This document shows positions 56,501-64,000 of a stretch of 64,000 nt of DNA, piece by piece. The stretch is from assembly GCF_009914755.1 (NCBI RefSeq), contig NC_060941.1; one strand, given 5' to 3'. A program made the translations under genes and the position numbers. The notes under the pieces are model-generated. The model ran no database searches. It saw only the letters and a list, made by a program, of their open reading frames with translations, and had not been told where the DNA came from. Each line of letters begins with the position of its first letter. The first letter of the stretch is position 1. This DNA comes from the human T2T-CHM13v2.0 reference genome, Homo sapiens.

Positions 56501-59500
56501 AAACTAAACAGAAGCATTCTCAGAAACTTCTCTGTGATGTTTGTGTTCAACTCCCAGAGTTTCACATTGCTTTTCATAGAGTAGTTCTGAAACATGCTTT
56601 TCGTAGTGTCTACAAGTGGACATTTGGAGCGCTTTCAGGCCTGTGGTGGAAAACGAATTATGGTCACATAAAAACTGGAGAGAAGCATTGTCAGAAACTT
56701 CTTTGTGATGATTGCATTCAACTCACAGAGTTGAAGGTTCCTTTTCAAAGAGCAGTTTCCAATCACTCTTTCTGTGGAATCTGCAAGTGGATATTTGGAC
56801 CTATTTTGAAGATTTCGTTGGAAACGGGAGAATCTTCACAGGAAAGCTAAACAGAAGCATTCTCAGAAACTTCTTTGTGATGCTTGCATTCAACTCACAG
56901 AGTTGAACTTTCCTTTCGAGAGAGAAGCTTTGAAACACTCTTTCTCCAGAATCTGCAAGTGGACATTTGGAGGGCTTTGAGGCCTGTGGTGGAAAAGGAA
57001 TTATCTTCCCGTAAAAGCTAGATAGAAGCATTCTCAGAAACTACTTTGTGATGATTGCATTCAAGTCACAGAGTTGAACATTCCCTTTGACAGAGCAGTT
57101 TGGAAACTCTCTTTGTGTAGAATCTGCAAGTGGAGATATGGACCGCTTTGAGGCCTATGGTAGTAAAGGAAATAGCTTCATATAAAAGCTAGACAGTAGC
57201 ATTCACAGAAAACTCTTGGTGACGACTGAGTTTAACTCACAGAGCTGAACATTCCTTTGGATGGAGCAGTTTCGAAACACACTATTTGTAGAATGTGCAA
57301 GTGGATATTTAGGCCTCTCTGAGGATTTCGTTGGAAACGGGATAAACCGCACAGAACTAAACAGAAGCATTCTCAGAACCTTCTTCGTGATGTTTGCATT
57401 CAACTCACAGTGTTGAACCTTTCTTTGATAGTTCAGGTTTGAAACGGTCTTTCTGTAGAAACTGCAAGTAGATATTTGGACCTCTCTGAGGATTTCGTTG
57501 GAAACGGGATAACCCGCACAGAACTAAAACAGAAGCATTCTCAGAACCCTCTTCGTGATGTTTGCATTCAACTCACAGTGCTGAACCTTTCTTTGATAGT
57601 TCAGCTTTGAAACACTCTTTTTGTAGAAACTGCAAGTGGATATTTGGTCCTCTCTGAGGAATTCGTTGGAAACGGGATAAACTGCACAGAACTAAACAGA
57701 AGCATTCTCAGAACCTTCTTCGTGATGTCTGCATTCAACTCACAGTGTGGAACCTTTCTTTGATAGTTCAGGTTTGAAACACTCTTTTTGTAGAAACTGC
57801 AAGGGGATAATTGCACTCTTTGAGGAGTACCGTAGTAAAGGAAATAACTTCCTATAAAAAGAAGACAGAAGCTTTCTCAGAAAATTCTTTGGGATGATTG
57901 AGTTGAACTCACAGAGCTGAGCATTCCTTGCGATGTAGCAGTTTAGAAACACACTTTCTGCAGAATCTGCAAGTGCATATTTGGACCTCTGTGAGGAATT
58001 CGTTGGAAACGGGATAATTTCAGCTGACTAAACAGAAGCAGTCTCAGAATCTTCTTTGTGATGTTTGCATTCAAATCCCCGAGTTGAACTTTCCTTTCAA
58101 AGTTCACGTTTGAAACACTCTTTTTGCAGGATCTACAAGTGGATATTTGGACCACTCTGTGTCCTTCGTTCGAAACGGGTATATCTTCACATGACATCTA
58201 GACAGAAGCATCCTCAGAAGCTTCTCTGTGATGACTGCATTCAACTCACGGAGTTGAACACTCCTTTTGAGAGCGCAGTTTTGAAACTCTCTTTCTGTGG
58301 CATCTGCAAGGGGACATGTAGACCTCTTTGAAGATTTCGTTGGAAACGGAATCATCTTCACATAAAAACTACACAGATGCATTCTCAGGAACTTTTTGGT
58401 GATGTTTGTATTCAACTCCCAGAGTTGAACTTTCCTTTGGAAAGAGCAGCTATGAAACACTGTTTTTCTAGAATCTGCAAGTGGACGTTTGGAGGGCTTT
58501 GTGGTTTGTGGTGGAAAAGGAAATATCTTCACCTAAATACTAGATAGAAGCATTCTCAGAAACTGCTTTGTGATGATTGCATTCACCTCACAGAGTTGAA
58601 CATTCCTATTGATAGAGCAGTTTGGAAACACTCTTGTTGTGGAATGTGCAAGTGGAGATTTGGAGCGCTTTGAGGCCTATGGTAGTAAAGGGAATAGCTT
58701 CATAGAAAAACTAGACAGAAGCATTCTCAGAAAATACTTTGTGATGATTGAGTTTAACTCACAGAGCTGAACATTCCTTTGGATGGAGCAGGTTTGAGAC
58801 ACACTTTTTGTAGAATCTACAAGTGGATATTTGGACCTCTCTGAGGATTTCGTTGGAAACGCGATAACTGCACCTAACTAAACGGAAGCATTCTCAGAAA
58901 CTTCTTGGTGATGTTTGCATTCAAATCCCAGAGTTGAACCTTCCTTTGATAGTTCAGGTTTGAAACACTCTTTTTGTAGGATCTGCAAGTGGATATTTGG
59001 ACCACTCTGTGGCCTTCGTTCGAAACGGGTATATCTTCGCATAAAATCTAGACAGAAGCCTTCTCAGAAACTTCTCTGTGATGATTGCATTCAACTCACA
59101 GAGTTGAACCCTCCTATGGATAGAGCAGTGTTGAAACTCTCTTTTTGTGGAATCTGCAAGTGGCTACGTGGACCTCTCCGAAGATGTCTTTGGAAACGGG
59201 AATATCTTCACATAAAAACTAAACAGAAGCATTCTCAGAAACTTCTCTGTGATGTTTGTGTTCAACTCCCAGAGTTTCACATTGCTTTTCATAGAGTAGT
59301 TCTGAAACATGCTTTTCGTAGTGTCTACAAGTGGACATTTGGAGCGCTTTCAGGCCTGTGGTGGAAAACGAATTATGGTCACATAAAAACTGGAGAGAAG
59401 CATTGTCAGAAACTTCTTTGTGATGATTGCATTCAACTCACAGAGTTGAAGGTTCCTTTTCAAAGAGCAGTTTCCAATCACTCTTTCTGTGGAATCTGCA

Positions 59501-62445
59501 AGTGGATATTTGGACCTATTTTGAAGATTTCGTTGGAAACGGGAGAATCTTCACAGAAAAGCTAAACAGAAGCATTCTCAGAAACTTCTTTGTGATGCTT
59601 GCATTCAACTCACAGAGTTGAACTTTCCTTTCGAGAGAGAAGCTTTGAAACACTCTTTTTCCAGAATCTGCAAGTGGACATTTGGAGGGCTTTGAGGCCT
59701 GTGGTGGAAAAGGAATTATCTTCCCGTAAAAGCTAGATAGAAGCATTCTCAGAAACTACTTTGTGATGATTGCATTCAAGTCACAGAGTTGAACATTCCC
59801 TTTGACAGAGCAGTTTGGAAACTCTCTTTGTGTAGAATCTGCAAGTGGAGATATGGACCGCTTTGAGGCCTATGGTAGTAAAGGAAATAGCTTCATATAA
59901 AAGCTAGACAGTAGCATTCACAGAAAACTCTTGGTGACGACTGAGTTTAACTCACAGAGCTGAACATTCCTTTGGATGGAGCAGTTTCGAAACACACTAT
60001 TTGTAGAATGTGCAAGTGGATATTTAGGCCTCTCTGAGGATTTCGTTGGAAACGGGATAAACCGCACAGAACTAAACAGAAGCATCCTCAGAACCTTCTT
60101 CGTGATGTTTGCATTCAACTCACAGTGTTGAACCTTTCTTTGATAGTTCAGGTTTGAAACGGTCTTTCTGTAGAAACTGCAAGTAGATATTTGGACCTCT
60201 CTGAGGATTTCGTTGGAAACGGGATAACCCGCACAGAACTAAAACAGAAGCATTCTCAGAACCCTCTTCGTGATGTTTGCATTCAACTCACAGTGCTGAA
60301 CCTTTCTTTGATAGTTCAGCTTTGAAACACTCTTTTTGTAGAAACTGCAAGTGGATATTTGGTCCTCTCTGAGGAATTCGTTGGAAACGGGATAAACTGC
60401 ACAGAACTAAACAGAAGCATTCTCAGAACCTTCTTCGTGATGTCTGCATTCAACTCACAGTGTGGAACCTTTCTTTGATAGTTCAGGTTTGAAACACTCT
60501 TTTTGTAGAAACTGCAAGGGGATAATTGCACTCTTTGAGGAGTACCGTAGTAAAGGAAATAACTTCCTATAAAAAGAAGACAGAAGCTTTCTCAGAAAAT
60601 TCTTTGGGATGATTGAGTTGAACTCACAGAGCTGAGCATTCCTTGCGATGTAGCAGTTTAGAAACACACTTTCTGCAGAATCTGCAAGTGCATATTTGGA
60701 CCTCTGTGAGGAATTCGTTGGAAACGGGATAATTTCAGCTGACTAAACAGAAGCAGTCTCAGAATCTTCTTTGTGATGTTTGCATTCAAATCCCCGAGTT
60801 GAACTTTCCTTTCAAAGTTCACGTTTGAAACACTCTTTTTGCAGGATCTACAAGTGGATATTTGGACCACTCTGTGTCCTTCGATCGAAACGGGTGTATC
60901 TTCACATGACATCTAGACAGAAGCATCCTCAGAAGCTTCTCTGTGATGACTGCATTCAACTCACGGAGTTGAACACTCCTTTTGAGAGCGCAGTTTTGAA
61001 ACTCTCTTTCTGTGGCATCTGCAAGGGGACATGTAGACCTCTTTGAAGATTTCGTTGGAAACGGAATCATCTTCACATAAAAACTACACAGATGCATTCT
61101 CAGGAACTTTTTGGTGATGTTTGTATTCAACTCCCAGAGTTGAACTTTCCTTTGGAAAGAGCAGCTATGAAACACTGTTTTTCTAGAATCTGCAAGTGGA
61201 CGTTTGGAGGGCTTTGTGGTTTGTGGTGGAAAAGGAAATATCTTCACCTAAATACTAGATAGAAGCATTCTCAGAAACTGCTTTGTGATGATTGCATTCA
61301 CCTCACAGAGTTGAACATTCCTATTGATAGAGCAGTTTGGAAACACTCTTGTTGTGGAATGTGCAAGTGGAGATTTGGAGCGCTTTGAGGCCTATGGTAG
61401 TAAAGGGAATAGCTTCATAGAAAAACTAGACAGAAGCATTCTCAGAAAATACTTTGTGATGATTGAGTTTAACTCACAGAGCTGAACATTCCTTTGGATG
61501 GAGCAGGTTTGAGACACACTTTTTGTAGAATCTACAAGTGGATATTTGGACCTCTCTGAGGATTTCGTTGGAAACGGGATAACTGCACCTAACTAAACGG
61601 AAGCATTCTCAGAAACTTCTTGGTGATGTTTGCATTCAAATCCCAGAGTTGAACCTTCCTTTGATAGTTCAGGTTTGAAACACTCTTTTTGTAGGATCTG
61701 CAAGTGGATATTTGGACCACTCTGTGGCCTTCGTTCGAAACGGGTATATCTTCGCATAAAATCTAGACAGAAGCCTTCTCAGAAACTTCTCTGTGATGAT
61801 TGCATTCAACTCACAGAGTTGAACCCTCCTATGGATAGAGCAGTGTTGAAACTCTCTTTTTGTGGAATCTGCAAGTGGATACGTGGACCTCTCCGAAGAT
61901 GTCTTTGGAAACGGGAATATCTTCACATAAAAACTAAACAGAAGCATTCTCAGAAACTTCTCTGTGATGTTTGTGTTCAACTCCCAGAGTTTCACATTGC
62001 TTTTCATAGAGTAGTTCTGAAACATGCTTTTCGTAGTGTCTACAAGTGGACATTTGGAGCGCTTTCAGGCCTGTGGTGGAAAACGAATTATGGTCACATA
62101 AAAACTGGAGAGAAGCATTGTCAGAAACTTCTTTGTGATGATTGCATTCAACTCACAGAGTTGAAGGTTCCTTTTCAAAGAGCAGTTTCCAATCACTCTT
62201 TCTGTGGAATCTGCAAGTGGATATTTGGACCTATTTTGAAGATTTCGTTGGAAACGGGAGAATCTTCACAGGAAAGCTAAACAGAAGCATTCTCAGAAAC
62301 TTCTTTGTGATGCTTGCATTCAACTCACAGAGTTGAACTTTCCTTTCGAGAGAGAAGCTTTGAAACACTCTTTTTCCAGAATCTGCAAGTGGACATTTGG
62401 AGGGCTTTGAGGCCTGTGGTGGAAAAGGAATTATCTTCCCGTAAA

Positions 62446-64000
62446 AGCTAGATAGAAGCATTCTCAGAAACTACTTTGTGATGATTGCATTCAAGTCACA
62501 GAGTTGAACATTCCCTTTGACAGAGCAGTTTGGAAACTCTCTTTGTGTAGAATCTGCAAGTGGAGATATGGACCGCTTTGAGGCCTATGGTAGTAAAGGA
62601 AATAGCTTCATATAAAAGCTAGACAGTAGCATTCACAGAAAACTCTTGGTGACGACTGAGTTTAACTCACAGAGCTGAACATTCCTTTGGATGGAGCAGT
62701 TTCGAAACACACTATTTGTAGAATGTGCAAGTGGATATTTAGGCCTCTCTGAGGATTTCGTTGGAAACGGGATAAACCGCACAGAACTAAACAGAAGCAT
62801 TCTCAGAACCTTCTTCGTGATGTTTGCATTCAACTCACAGTGTTGAACCTTTCTTTGATAGTTCAGGTTTGAAACGGTCTTTCTGTAGAAACTGCAAGTA
62901 GATATTTGGACCTCTCTGAGGATTTCGTTGGAAACGGGATAACCCGCACAGAACTAAAACAGAAGCATTCTCAGAACCCTCTTCGTGATGTTTGCATTCA
63001 ACTCACAGTGCTGAACCTTTCTTTGATAGTTCAGCTTTGAAACACTCTTTTTGTAGAAACTGCAAGTGGATATTTGGTCCTCTCTGAGGAATTCGTTGGA
63101 AACGGGATAAACTGCACAGAACTAAACAGAAGCATTCTCAGAACCTTCTTCGTGATGTCTGCATTCAACTCACAGTGTGGAACCTTTCTTTGATAGTTCA
63201 GGTTTGAAACACTCTTTTTGTAGAAACTGCAAGGGGATAATTGCACTCTTTGAGGAGTACCGTAGTAAAGGAAATAACTTCCTATAAAAAGAAGACAGAA
63301 GCTTTCTCAGAAAATTCTTTGGGATGATTGAGTTGAACTCACAGAGCTGAGCATTCCTTGCGATGTAGCAGTTTAGAAACACACTTTCTGCAGAATCTGC
63401 AAGTGCATATTTGGACCTCTGTGAGGAATTCGTTGGAAACGGGATAATTTCAGCTGACTAAACAGAAGCAGTCTCAGAATCTTCTTTGTGATGTTTGCAT
63501 TCAAATCCCCGAGTTGAACTTTCCTTTCAAAGTTCACGTTTGAAACACTCTTTTTGCAGGATCTACAAGTGGATATTTGGACCACTCTGTGTCCTTCGTT
63601 CGAAACGGGTATATCTTCACATGACATCTAGACAGAAGCATCCTCAGAAGCTTCTCTGTGATGACTGCATTCAACTCACGGAGTTGAACACTCCTTTTGA
63701 GAGCGCAGTTTTGAAACTCTCTTTCTGTGGCATCTGCAAGGGGACATGTAGACCTCTTTGAAGATTTCGTTGGAAACGGAATCATCTTCACATAAAAACT
63801 ACACAGATGCATTCTCAGGAACTTTTTGGTGATGTTTGTATTCAACTCCCAGAGTTGAACTTTCCTTTGGAAAGAGCAGCTATGAAACACTGTTTTTCTA
63901 GAATCTGCAAGTGGACGTTTGGAGGGCTTTGTGGTTTGTGGTGGAAAAGGAAATATCTTCACCTAAATACTAGATAGAAGCATTCTCAGAAACTGCTTTG
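62446..64000 (+). repeat. Partial HOR copy 24 (1555 bp), truncated by the window edge
   Basis: Same phase and sequence as offsets 1-1555. Confidence 0.95.

Larger units (their letters stand above)
1..64000 (+). repeat. Alpha-satellite higher-order repeat array, 16-mer / 2715 bp, about 23.6 tandem copies; most likely human chr17 D17Z1 (SF3)
   Basis: Alphoid motifs (CATTCTCAGAAACTTCTTTGTGATG, TTCAACTCACAGAGTTGAAC, CENP-B box TTCGTTGGAAACGGG) recur every ~170 bp. Every ORF in the track recurs at exact multiples of 2715 bp (188, 2903, 5618 ... 62633). Alpha-satellite identity is near certain. The D17Z1 call rests on established knowledge of the 2.7-kb EcoRI 16-mer with a pentameric ancestry. Confidence 0.97.

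Noticed and set aside
188-63962. All other 64-142 aa ORFs on both strands
   Set aside because: They are overlapping chance frames of alpha satellite with no gene structure. I used them only as a readout of variants.
1-64000. Assignment to other SF3 arrays (DXZ1 12-mer, D11Z1 5-mer, D1Z7-region 11-mer)
   Set aside because: The observed period is 16 monomers / 2715 bp with an internal triplication, which fits D17Z1 and not those unit lengths.

Overview
The whole window is primate centromeric alpha-satellite DNA, with no credible genes, RNA genes, transposons or CRISPR arrays. It is one head-to-tail array of a 2715-bp higher-order repeat (HOR) made of 16 monomers of 167-172 bp. There are 23 complete copies (copy n starts at 1+2715*(n-1)) plus a 1555-bp partial copy. 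The 16-mer length, underlying pentameric organisation, internal monomer triplication and one constant EcoRI site per unit match the human chromosome 17 array D17Z1 (suprachromosomal family 3). That assignment is from recognition, not a database search. Each HOR has 8 intact CENP-B boxes, 2 degenerate boxes and 6 A-type monomers. All ORFs in the track are by-products of the repeat. I found no evidence of a new protein-coding system. The informative signal is in the single-base differences between copies, read by eye and so possibly incomplete. They show two alternating HOR haplotype blocks, a roughly 9-11-HOR super-repeat, nested 1-, 3- and 4-HOR duplications, chimeric copies and copy-specific CENP-B box losses. 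'Offset' means position within a 2715-bp copy.
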